Assembly: GCF_964194155.1 (NCBI RefSeq)
Contig: NC_135890.1
Coordinates: 109,058,001-109,122,000, forward strand
Reading direction: 5' to 3'
DNA: 64,000 nt
Source: Cetorhinus maximus
Lineage: Eukaryota
Positions 51,488 to 62,984 of this stretch are shown in pieces; the stretch's first letter is position 1, and every line of letters starts with the position of its first letter. Position numbers and translations under genes: made by a program. The notes under the pieces were generated by a model. The model saw nothing but the letters and a program-made list of their open reading frames with translations, was not told the origin of the DNA and did no database searches.

Positions 51488-51631
51488 CTTACATCTGTGG
51501 CGACCAGTCAGCATGATAAGCACTGTCCCTGGGGTGATGGATGCACGCAGACGCCTCTTATGCTGGCTGAAAGGTTTGTTACCATGGCTAAGCCTTTTGC
51601 GAGGGACATCTTCAGTGGGGTAATATCGTGG
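51488..51631 (-). CDS. RPL6: RPL6 coding exon 3
   Basis: ttccag|[48 protein letters not shown]|gtagga; 144 nt. Confidence 0.96.
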
Positions 51632-52346
51632 CTGGAAAAACAAATATGATCAATATGCAGAAATATTTTTTAAAAATAAACTTTTCATTCTGGTTGTGCA
51701 ATCAAGTAACTTTGCTACTAAAAATTCAACAGCTCATCTCAAATTGACATTTTTTCAATTCAACAAAATGAAACTGGAATTTAGTTTTTGGATTTTCTGA
51801 CCAAATTTTTAAAAGATACCCTCCTCATCCCCCCCTGCCGCCATCCTGAACACTGATTCTTTGCTGCTCCATGAGCACCACCTGCTGGCAGGTTCCATCA
51901 CCCTCAAACCAGTCCTCATCCAACATTGCACATGCAGTCGAGGGATTGCTGGACAGCAAGCAGGAGTGGGAGCCCTGGCTCATTTACTACACCCACAGAC
52001 CAAGCTGATATTTAGGAAACATCATGGGTTGAACTCAAGTGTTCAATCGAATAATAATTCACCAAACTATCAGTAGAACAGGGATACTGTTAACCTATTA
52101 TTGCTCCACAGCACTGTAAGGTTTGTCATTTGGAAGCAGAATGCCAAAAAAAACCAGGCAGCTTGACCACAGAACTGCTGTGATGGCACAACAACCTTAT
52201 TGGTGGGGGGGAATAATTAACTGGGGAACATCAATGAAAGCTCCAGGTGCCTCAATTTAAAAAGACCCACAAAAGGTCAAAAATGAACCGTATATTTTTC
52301 ATCTGCCAAAACATTTTTATAACCTCAAGAGGGAGAGATTTGTTAC

Positions 52347-52445
52347 CATTTTGCGGACTTTAACGACACGGGTGCCACCATTCTTGTCTCCTCCAACAGG
52401 CTTGGTGATTGAAAAGACAGGTTTTTCCTTCAACTTCTTCTCAAT
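52347..52445 (-). CDS. RPL6: RPL6 coding exon 2
   Basis: tttcag|[33 protein letters not shown]|gtaaca; 99 nt. Confidence 0.96.
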
Positions 52446-52699
52446 CTGAAAAGGAATGAAGCGAACCTTTAACTTTGCTTCATCTGTAATTTGCTCCATT
52501 ACAAATCATTTACAAGCCCACCTCATGCTCAGTGTCAATCAAACATGCAGAACTGCACAAAGATCACGTGTCCTAACAATTTAAACTCAAATCCTTTTTG
52601 GGGTTAGGCAAATTTACTCCACTGCAGATTATACCAGCACACTTTTCCTAAGCTATATTCTCAAACTCAGAGCACTTGGCAGATCTTCTCTTTGCTTAC

Positions 52700-52873
52700 T
52701 TTTGTCTCAGGAGCTTTGTATTTGCGCTTGTACATGGCTCTCCTAGCATACATGGCAGAGCGGGAATATCTGCCAATGCCCCTGGCTAGCACAGGGTTGC
52801 GGCTAGAATGGCGACGCGGTTTCTTCTGTTCCTTTTTTTCTTCTGCCATTGGTTCCTTCTTCTCGCCTGCCAT
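52700..52873 (-). CDS. RPL6: RPL6 coding exon 1 (267 aa protein in total)
   Basis: ggcag|[58 protein letters not shown]|gtaagc. Confidence 0.96.
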
Positions 52874-54232
52874 CTGCCAAACAAAAAAGTTATACTTTAA
52901 AACAGGCTTGCACATGACGTACAGCAGAGGCTTGAAAGTGGCATAGGCCAATGCCCCAATAGCACAAACAACAGGGACAGGCTTGGAACCTAGGTTCCAA
53001 TCTGCTAAATAAACCCTTTTGATGCACTGAAGCATCTTGTACCAAATACTTGTGATGTAAGGCATTTTTAGCGCTTTGAAAACTGAACACACCAAATCCA
53101 GACACCAAGAAACTCACAACTGAGTAACCAAACACTGAATCAGCCAGTTAACACTTGTCAGACTTGAAGGCTGCCATCTAAAAAACTAGTATTAGAAGTG
53201 GCAAAGAGAACAATCTAGAAGGAAAATTTGTGATCTACAGGGATGCTTAAATTTAACCTCTTCTCAAATGTGCACAGCAGGGACAACCCACTGCATGAAC
53301 ATTCAGCTTTGTGTGGGATTTAACTGATATAACATTCTCTCTCCTATGTAGAAAGGTTAAAAAAGCCAATTGTCTAACTAACTAACTAAAACATATTACT
53401 CCATATATCCCACCACACGAAATTCAAGCTAAACGTCTGGACAATATGGGGTGACATTACATTAGATTATACCAGTGACTCAAACTGTAAGGAAGACCGA
53501 CGTCTTTGATCAGCGGACAGATAATCCACACATCAGAATTCCGGAATCAATCACCAGTGATTATTTAGGATGAAAACTAGGAATCAAATAATTGTAGAAA
53601 CGCTATGGCGTAGTTCACTTCAATAATTGTACACATTGAAAAGCAGGCTAACCAAATGAATTAGTGTTATTCAGATAAAATTAACCGGGTAAGAACTAGT
53701 TTGGATAAACTGGTTTCAACTGCAATTGGACAAAAATTGTAAGAGCCCGAACCAGGTCAGGCGACATTTCTGTTCCAGATCATTCATACCCATCGCATTG
53801 GGAGTGTTAAGGACATGAATATAGGCCATTTCCCAAGCCCAGCACTCACACTGCCTAACTCCATGCACTAAGTCTCCCAAGTTCCTGTCCGTTTCTACTC
53901 CATCCAGCAGCCTCTCCCTTACCCATCCCTAACTTCTTTTTCCATCCCACCCACCGAGATTTCTAGTTACGGCACAAGGGCTCGGAAACCGCCATTACAC
54001 CGCTTCTCGCCTAAAACGACACCGTGTCCTGACGGTTGCCCCACTGCCTCCCAACAAAAAGACCCACAAACATCATCAAAGAAACACCTCAACTACAAAT
54101 ATTGGCTAATTCCAGCAGCTTACGCTCTATGCTGCTCTTTTCTCGTAGTACTAGATATGTACAAGGCTCCCCGGCTCCGATGGAAGCCGATTTACGGGCC
54201 AGTCCTTCACCCAAAAACAGCGCCATTCTTAC

Positions 54233-54333
54233 CTTTACTCAAAAGGAAGGGCCTAACATCCGGGCCCCAGTGGTATAAAGCTCGCCGGATCTACGTCACT
54301 CATCTACCTGCAAAGCACTATGGGAGGTGTAGT
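54233..54333 (-). promoter_or_regulatory. RPL6 non-coding exon 1 with 5'TOP tract and core promoter
   Basis: Minus strand CCCTTCCTTTTGAGTAAAG|gtaagaATGGCG (TOP start ~54251, donor 54232, YY1-like motif); TTTATA at about -25; ACTACAnnTCCCA (ZNF143/THAP11-type) at 54321-54333. Confidence 0.8.
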
Positions 54334-54869
54334 CACAACCTTTAAAGGGATACTTATTGGAGTTAACCAAAACAAAAACAAAAATACCTGGAAAAACTCA
54401 GCAGGTCTGGCAGCATCATTCAAGTCCGAATGACCCTTCAACAGAACTAAGTAAAAATAGAAGAGACGTGAAATATAAGCTGGTTTGGGGGGGGCGCCAA
54501 GTAGAGCTGGATCCAGCATCCGCAGTAGTTTTTTGTTTTTATATTAGAGCTGGATAGAAGACCAGTGATAGGAAGAGATAACCAAAAGATGTCACAGACA
54601 AGAGGACAAAGAGGTGTTGAAGGTGGTGATATTATCTGAGGAATGTGCTAATTAAGGGTAGAAAGCAGGATGAGCAAGGTACAGATAGCCCTAGTGGGGG
54701 TGGGATGGGGTGAAGGAATCAAAAAAGGCTAAAAGGTAGAGATAAAATAATGGATGGAAATACATTTTGAAATAATGGAAGTAGGTGAGAAAAGAAAAAT
54801 CTATATAAATTATTGCAAAAAAAATGGTGGGGGGGGTATCGGAAAGGAAGTGGGGATGGAGGAGAGAGT

Positions 54870-55371
54870 TCATGATCTAAAATTGTTGAACTCTATATTC
54901 AGTCCGGAAGGCTGTAAAGTGCCTATTTGGAAGATGAGGTGCTGTTCCTCCAGTTTGCATTGAGCTTTACTGGAGCAATGCAGCAAGCCAAAGACGGACA
55001 TGTGGGCTTGAGAGCAGGGTGGAGTGTTGAAATGGCAAGCGACAGGGAGGTCTGGGTAATGCTTGTGGACAGACCGAAGGTGTTCTGCAAAGCGATCACC
55101 CAGTCTGCGTTTGGTCTCTCCAATGTAGAGGAAACCGCATTGGGAGCAACAAATGCAGTAGCCTAAATTGAGGGAAGTGCAAGTGAAATGCTGCTTCACT
55201 TGAAAGGAGTGTTTGGGCCCTTGGACGGTGAGGAGAGGGGAAGTAAAGGGGCAGGTGTTGCACCTTCTGCGGTTGCATGGGAAGGTGCTGTGGGAGGGGG
55301 TTGAGGTGTAGGGGGTGATGGAGGAGTGGACCAGGGTGTCCCGGAGGGAACGATCCCTGTGGAATGCCACC
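54870..55371 (-). CDS. GIY-YIG endonuclease domain with Cys-rich linker (frameshifted relative to the RT)
   Basis: AFHRDRSLRD.LVHS, CNRRRCNTC, NLGYCICCSQCGFLYIGETKRRLGDRFAEH, VACHFN...H, GTLQPSGLN. Confidence 0.92.
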
Positions 55372-57646
55372 GGGGGGGCGAAGGGAAGATGTGTTTGGTG
55401 GTGGCATCATGCTGGAGTAGGCGGAAATGGCGGAGGATGATCCTTTGAATGCGGAGGCTGGTGGGGTGATAAGTGAGGACAAGGGGGACCCTATCATGTT
55501 TCTGGGAGGGAGAAGAAGGTGTGAGGGTGGATGTGCGGGAGATAGGCCGGACACGGTTAAAGGCCCTGTCAACAACCGTGGGTGGAAAACCTCGGTTAAG
55601 GAAGAAGGAGGACATGTCAGAGGAACTGTTTTTGAAAGTGGCATCATCAGAACAGATGCGACGGAGGCGAAGGAACTGAAAGAATGGGATGGAGTCCTTA
55701 CAGGAAGCTGGGTGTGAGGAGCTGTAGTCGAGGTAGCTGTGGGAGTCGGTAGGCTTGTAATGGATATTGGTGGACAGTCTATCACCAGAAATTGAGACAA
55801 AGTGGTCAAGGAAGGGAAGGGAAGTGTCAGAGATGGACCATGTGAAAATGATGGAGGGGTGGAAATTGGAAGCAAAATTAATAAATTTTTCCAGGTCCAG
55901 ATGAGAGCATGAAGCAGCACCGAAGTAATCATCGATGTACCGGAGAAAGAGTTGTGGAAGGGGGCTGGAGTAGGACCGGAACAAGGAATGTTCCACATAC
56001 CCCATAAAGAGACAGGCAGAGCTGGGGCCCATGCAGGTACCCATAGCCACACCTTTTATTTGGAGGAAGTGAGATGAGTTTAAGGAGAAATTGTTCAGTG
56101 TGAGAACAAGTTCAGCCAGACGGAGGAGAGTAGTGGTGGATGGGGATTGTTCGGGCCTCTGTTCGAGGAAGAAGCGGAGAGCCATCAGACCATCCTGGTG
56201 GGGGATGGAGGTGTAGAGGGATTGGACGTCCATGGTGAAGAGGAGGCGGTTGGGGCCAGGGAACTGGAAATTGTTGATATGATGTAGGGTGTCAGAGGAA
56301 TCACGGATGTAGGTGGGAAGGGACTGGACAAGGGGAGAGAAAATGGAGTCAAGATAACAAGAAATGAGTTCCATGGGGCAGGAACAGGCTGACACGATCG
56401 GTCTGCCGAGACAGTCCTGTTTGTGGATTTTGGGTAGGAGGTAGAAGCGGGCCGTCCGAGGTTGGGAGACTATCAAGTTGGAAGCTGTGGAAGGAAGATC
56501 TCCAGAGGAGATGAGGTCAGTAACAGTCCTGGAAATAATGGCCTGATGTTCAGTGGTGGGGTCATGGTCCAGGGGGAGGTAGGAGGAAGTGTCTGCAAGT
56601 TGATGCTCAGCCTCTGCGAGGTAGAGGTCAGTGCGCCAGACAACAACAGCACCACCCTCGTCAGCGGGTTTGATGACAATGTCAGGGTCGGACCTGAGAG
56701 AACGGAATGCAGCAAGTTCAGAGAGAGACAGATTAGAGTGGGTGAGAGGAGCAGAGAAATTGAGACGACTAATGTCATGCCGACAGTTCTCAATGAAAAG
56801 ATCAAGAGAAGGTAAGAATCCAGAGGGAGGGGTCCAGATGGAGGGAGAATGTTGAAGGTGGGTAAAAGGATCCGTTGAACGGGGAGAGGACTCCTGCCCA
56901 AAGAAGTGAGCACAGAGACGAAGGCGGCAGAAGAAGAGTTCAGAATTGTGCCGAGCCCGAAATTCATTGAGATGAGGGCGTAAGGGTATGAAACTAAGTC
57001 CTTTGCTGAGCACTGAATGTTCAGCGTCGGAGAGGGGAAGGTCAGGGGGTATGGTGAATACACGGCCAGGGCTGGGATTGGAAGACGGGATGGGGACAGA
57101 GGGACAGGCAGGGGTGGAGGGTCCTGGATGGGTGTTGGTGTCAATGAGTTGTTGGAGCTTGCGTTCCTTTGCACCTGAAAGAAAGAGACAAAGTTTCTTG
57201 TTGAGGCGTCGGATGAGACGAAGAATAAAATGAAACTGGGGGCATGCGCAGCTTTGAAAAAGGGTGTGGCGGTGCTGCTGGAGGGAGAGGTCGAGTGTGT
57301 TCATATGGCGGCGCATGGCACTGAGTGTGGATCTCAGAATGCGACGAGAACAGCAGTCCGAGGAGCGTTGTATGTCCCTGAGATACCTGTAATCCTGGGT
57401 GGGTTCGAAACATGAGGGATGGAACTTCAGTTGAAATCCACATGGGGTAAGTCGGAGACGGAGACAGTCACTGAGGAAGGAAATATGGCTGTGAAAGCGA
57501 GTTTTAGTAAACACCTTTTCAAACATCGGTAGAGAAATGGAAAGCAATGAAGGTGAACAAGGCAAAAGAGAGATACGAAAATCCTGACGGAGAGAAGAGC
57601 AATACTTCTTCAAGGTAGGCATTCCTTGAAGAGAAGTGGCAGTCAA
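55372..57646 (-). CDS. Penelope-like reverse transcriptase (N-terminal part of the RT-GIY-YIG polyprotein)
   Basis: Uninterrupted ORF with IKPAD.GGAVVVW, FYLLPKIHK, GRPIVS, FTMDVQSLYTSI, GVAMG, FLRYIDD, LPFLD, YKPTDSHSYL. Confidence 0.93.
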
Positions 57647-58082
57647 TTAAACACTAAGATAAAAGCAAAAAACTGCAGATGTTGGAAATCCAAAACAAAA
57701 ATAAAATATCAGCAGGTCTGGCAGCATCTGCGGAGAGAAGCACAGTTAACGTTTCGCGTCTGAATGGTCCTTCAACAGAACTAAGTAAAAATAGAGGTGA
57801 AATATAAGCTGGTTTAAGGCGGTTTGGGACAAGTAGAGCTGGATAGAGGGCCAGTGATAGGTGGAGATAACCAAAAGATGTCACAGATGTACCTTGCTTG
57901 TCCTGCTTTCTACCCTTAATTAGCACATTCCTCAGATAATATCACCACCTTCAACAACTCTTTGTCCTTTTGTCTGTGACATCTTTTGGTTATCTCCACC
58001 TATCACTGGCCCTCTATCCAGCTCTACTTGTCCCACCCCCACTTAAACCAGCTTATATTTCATGTCTCTTCTATTTTTACTT

Positions 58083-58121
58083 AGTTCTGTTGAAGGGTCA
58101 TTCGGACTCGAAACGTTAACT
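58083..58121 (+). ncRNA. Minimal hammerhead motif (CUGUUGA variant) in the inverted pLTR; same variant at 13577-13615 (+) and 57745-57783 (-)
   Basis: AGTT-CTGTTGA-A-GGGTC-ATTCG-GACTC-GAAA-CG-TT-AACT. Confidence 0.7.
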
Positions 58122-59639
58122 GTGCTCCTCTCCGCAGATGCTGCCAGACCTGCTGAGTTTTTCCAGGTATTTTTGTTTTTGTTTTGGATTTCCAGCATCC
58201 GCAGTTTTTTGCTTTTATCTTGGAGTTAACCAAGCCTCACAACACATTTCAATATGATCTCTCTTAGTTTTCTTTAAGTCAATCCAAAACGAATTTAATT
58301 AAGAACTTTTATTGATTAATTTCTAGCTTCCAAATTAATATATAAATTTAATAGTAATACATGATGGGTTCTTGCTCTTGAGACACTATCCTTTTAATTC
58401 TGGGACCAAATGTGTGAATCCAGTCCAGATTAATCACACTGAACAACTTGCCTGCTAAAGTCAAAGTCACTCTCGTTCCTGTTGAACATAGGCTCCGAGA
58501 AAAATTCCCTTAATTATGCAGCCTGCCTCAAGAAGATCATAATATGACTTTTATGAGAAAAAGATGCAATACCAGTGCACCCTGTATTCCAATTAAGGCA
58601 CAATGTTGGGGACTTTTACCCCACATTCAATTTTTCCATGTTTGACCTGGCAATGCCTAATGCTGACAGTGGATTCCCAAATTGGGAACTAGTATGAGGT
58701 GAGTTTGTGCAGGAAGTCTTGCACCTGATTAGCTTTCGTACATTGTGAAGTCAAAAGAAACATGGAAGCAGAGTTACGCTTTTTAAAATTCATTTACGGG
58801 ATATGGGCATCGCTGGCTAGGCCAGCATTTATTACCCATCCCTAATTGCCCTTGAGAAGGTGGTGGTGAGCTGTCTTCTTGAACCGCTGCAGTCCCTGTG
58901 GTGTAGGTACACCCACAGTGCTGTTAAGGAGGGAGTTCAGGATTTTGCCCCAATGGCAGTGAAGGAACGGTAATATATTTCCAAGATAGGATGGTGCGTG
59001 GCTTGGAGGGGAACTTCCAGGTGATGGTGTTCCCATGTATCTGCTGCCCTTGTCCTTCTAGACGGTAGATCCTTCTAGATGTACTAACTTACATTCTCAT
59101 CAATGAACACCAAAATCACTTTTCATACCATCTGCCCAGTCTACACATATTGTTTTTTAATACATCACTTATTTTCTTTCTACTTTTGATTTTAGGTCTA
59201 CATCCTCAGTATTGTGTTTCTCACTTCTTTCATGCATGTTCACAGTGTGGTTAACAATATGGCACTACAACTGATCTTAGTGCCTTTTGGAAATGGAGGA
59301 AAATCATAATTCAATTATCTCTATTGGTTGTCAGGTGAGGATTGGACTAGGTTCACCTGAGATAATTGTTTTTGTAGGCCTTGGCACATTGACCTGGCAA
59401 AAACCAATGGTAGTTGTCTTCTTGGATCTGGATCAGCAGAGAAAAAGATTTTTAAAAATTCATTCATGGGATTTGGACACTGCTGCCAGGCCGTATTTAT
59501 TGCCCATCCCTAATTACCCTTGGGAAGGGTGATGAGTTGTCATCTTGAATCACTGCAATCTTTTGCTGTAAGTACACTTACAACACTGTTACCTCCATAA
59601 AGATGCCTGTGACTACCATACAGCATAGGACTAACACTA

Positions 59640-61900
59640 CAAACAACTTGCATTTATATAGCACCTTCAATGTAGTAAATGACCCAAGGTGCTTCACAGA
59701 AGCATTATCAAACAAAATTTGACACTAAGCCTCATAAGGACATATGACTAAAGGCCTGGCCAAAGAGGTAAGTTTTAAAGAGCATCCTTAAAGGTGGAAA
59801 GATAAGTTGAAAAGCAGAGATTTAAGTAGGGATTTCCAGAGCTTAGAGGGACTTGGCAGTTGAAAACACAGCCACCAATGGTGCAGCAATTAAAATTGGG
59901 GATTCACAAGAGGGCAAATTTGGAGGAGTATATATATCTCAGAGAGCAGTGGGGCGGGAGAATCATGAGAATTAAAAAAAATCAAGGTGTTGCTTAACCT
60001 GAAGCCAACATAGGTCATTGAGTACAGGGTGACAGATGAAGGGTACCTGGTGTGAGTTAGGATATACATGGCAGAGTTTTGGGTGAGCTCACATTTATGG
60101 ATGATGAATGATGGAAGGTCAGCCAAATGTGCGCTGGAACAGCCAAGTCTAGAGGCAATAATGGAATTGATAAGAGTTTCTTCAGCAGCAAATGGGGCAG
60201 AACTGGGCAATATTATTTAGGTGGAAATATGAGGTCTTAGTTATTATGATCCCAATTGATGTTATTACTGGACAAGTCAGATTCCAGGGTGGAATCCAAC
60301 TTGATAGATCTTATCTTTTAATTTTTGTTTAGATGTGAAGAGTGGCTACTGAGCAGAATCACAGGAGTCAGCTGATGAACTTTTAACAAAAGAATAAAAT
60401 ATTTATTAAACAGCAAAAGATGAACTATATTACAATACTCCTTCACCCACAACTATACCTTTGCAGATATACACAGATTTGTAAGGATAACACAAGTGAC
60501 TAAAGCTATCTTATACTCTCATGATCACAGTAAGTACACAGCCCATGTAAACCAATAGGCGACCTGTGGTGAGACACACCACACTCTAAAACCAAGTGAC
60601 CATGCTACCCCAAACAGATGCTATGGATCTCTCCTCAACTCCCCCCAGGTGCTTGTCCCACCGTGAACCAACCGGTCTCACTGAACTCCATTTTTCACAC
60701 AAGAGTTTCCAATCTCTACTCTTGAAGAACTCATTTTGGAATCTTCTCCAAAACTGATGCTTTCTCTTGGACGCCTTCTGCAAATCCACCTAAAGGGTTT
60801 CAAATTCTCCTTCCAATATCCCTCACCCCTGGATCACCACATGCATTCAAGCTTTGTCTTCCATGCACTCTCTCTCAAATGCTCAGCCATGCCAATAGAA
60901 CACCACTGCTTCACATGCCGATAGTTAAGAGTTACAGACCTTCAGCTGTCTCTTTGGATCTTCTGGCTTCTTGCAAGCCCACATTGCTTTAAATCTGCGC
61001 CTTGCAGCTTCTCTGTTCAAGCTTGGCGCCTTTCTCTGCCCCTCATTCTTAACTTCACTTAACAGGACCATTTCCAGATTCATGTTCTTTCTTTTTGACT
61101 AGAAGGTCTTCTTGGGATCCCTCTTCTTTATGTTCTTTAGGGAAACCTGCTTCCTGCAGCTCCATCCAGACCAGTTTCTCCTGGCAGCTGGTTCCAACTG
61201 AACTCAAACTGCTTTTGGTTCGTGGGTGTAGGGCAGGGGGCTCTCTCTCTGGACCCCTGTTGCTAGACAAGAGCAGTTTTTTTCTACCTTGTTTGTTTTA
61301 ACTCCCCTTCAAGGATCATAAAATCTCATTAAAATGTAGGTATCTTTTAAAGTGAAACTAAACCTCAGGTTTCATCCTTTTAACACATAAATACAAATTA
61401 AACTTACTTAAACTCTATCTCCTAGCATAGTGATGGTATAGATATGTGATTGGAAGCTCATCTTTGGATCTAATCTGACACCAAGGTTGTGAATAATTTG
61501 GTTCAGCCTCAACTTGGCAACGAGAGGGATGGTGTCGCTGGTTAGGAAAAGAAGATTGAGACAGGGACTGAAGAAAATGGCTTTGGACTTGATTGGAGGA
61601 AATTTCTGCTCATCCATTACTGGTGTTGGACAAGCAGTTTGACAAATTAAGAGTCAGTGGGGGATTAAAGCAGGTGGTGGTGAGGTAGAGCTATGGTGTT
61701 GCCAGTGTTCATGTGAACTTGATGTGCTTTCAGATGTTGTTGTCATGAGGCATGTAGATAAGAAATAGGAGGGGGCCAAGGATAGATCCTTGCAGGACAC
61801 CAGAAGCAATGTTGTGGGAGCAGGAAGGGGAACCATTGCAGGTGATTATCTGGCTACAACCAGATGGATTAGAATGGAACAAGGCTAGCACAATGAATCC
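59640..61900 (-). mobile_element. L2 LINE (-) split by a solo LTR
   Basis: L2 ORF2 remnants (ETLINSIIASRLGCS; HNLGVRLDPKMSFQSHI; GVLQGSILGPLLFLIYM) continue across 60241/61428. Confidence 0.75.
60242..61427. mobile_element. Solo LTR (Gypsy-like)
   Basis: Ends TATTATGA ... TCCTAGCA (decayed TG...CA inverted termini), 4-bp TSD TAGT at 60238-60241 and 61428-61431, interrupts an L2. Confidence 0.65.
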
Positions 61901-62319
61901 CACCCATTGATATAGTGGCACTAATAGTTGACTTGGAATGCAATTTAGCTACAGCTCCTTACAGCCTCCTGCAATGCTGACTAGGGGGATCATACCTTGG
62001 AATGGAACAGAGGGTAACCTTCCCCACCAGAATGTCCTCCCTTTCAGTAGTTGAGGCAGAGCAGCTCAAGTGCTGGATTGCTCTGTCACACTTCCAGAGT
62101 CATGATTGTGCCTAGAGTTTCCTTTCCATCACCATTGCTGACCACTTCCAAAGCCCTGCCACTTTAAAACCCCTTCATTTCAGCCCTAGTTTGAGATGGT
62201 TTTTGAGGCTTTCAGAATATTTGTGTCTCTATTGTAACCCTTCCTTTAATTAACCCAATCCCTGTACATTCAAGTGTACTCCAGTGGCCTCCAATTTTCC
62301 ACCGTTTAAACATAATCCC

Positions 62320-62770
62320 ACCCAGAATGCTGCTGCCTGCATCCTAATTCATACCAAGTCCCAATCTCGCATCACCCAAGCCAGCTGACCTACATCAACT
62401 CCTAGTTAAGCAATCTCAATTTTAAAATTTTCATTGTTGTTTTCAAATCAACCTCACCCCTACCTATCTCTAAGCTCCTCCAGCCCTACAATCCTCCAAG
62501 CTCTCCACACTCCTCTAATTCTGACCTTCTGCACATCCCCAATTTTAATTACTCCTCTAATGGGTCTTCAGCTACCGAGACCCTAAGCTCTGGAATTCCC
62601 TCCCTAAACCTCTCTACTTTGTTCCCCTCCATTTAAGACACTCCTTAAAACCTATCTTTTGGTCACCTATCCTAATAGCTCCTTATGTAACTTGGTGTCT
62701 AATTTCATTTGGTGACTTCTGTGACCTGCCTTAGGACATTTTACTAGGTTAGGTCCACTGTAAAAATTCT
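62320..62770 (+). mobile_element. L2 LINE 3' fragment
   Basis: Reverse complement of the L2 3' ends at 31535-31870 and 59640-60100. Confidence 0.7.
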
Positions 62771-62984
62771 AATTGTTATGGTGTCCTCCTTAAATCCATC
62801 TGTGTCTACAGTTGGTGCTGCAAATAATTATGCAAATATGCTTATACTGGAAATTGAGTGCTATTTGCATTTAATGTTTCTGGTGGCATTTATGCTAGCT
62901 CTTCACCACTAGAACTTAAGAGGTGGATTTTTATCTTTGGGTTTATGTTCAAGGTTGCTTATACCTATCCATTGGCTTCTTTAC

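Larger units (their letters stand above)
54371..58219 (-). mobile_element. Full-length Penelope-like retroelement (Neptune-type): direct pLTRs around the ORF plus an inverted 5' pLTR
   Basis: 3' pLTR/UTR 54371-54869, ORF 54870-57646, upstream direct pLTR 57657-57888, inverted copy 57889-58219; perfect 14-bp TSD TTGGAGTTAACCAA at 54357-54370 and 58220-58233. Confidence 0.95.

Noticed and set aside
53500-53560. Possible C/D snoRNA in RPL6 intron 1
   Set aside because: C box imperfect (GTGATTGA) and no terminal stem or recognisable guide.
55096-57443. Long overlapping ORFs (55096-56052, 56473-57174 and several + strand ORFs)
   Set aside because: Pro/Ser-rich shadow frames of the Penelope RT ORF with no independent motifs.
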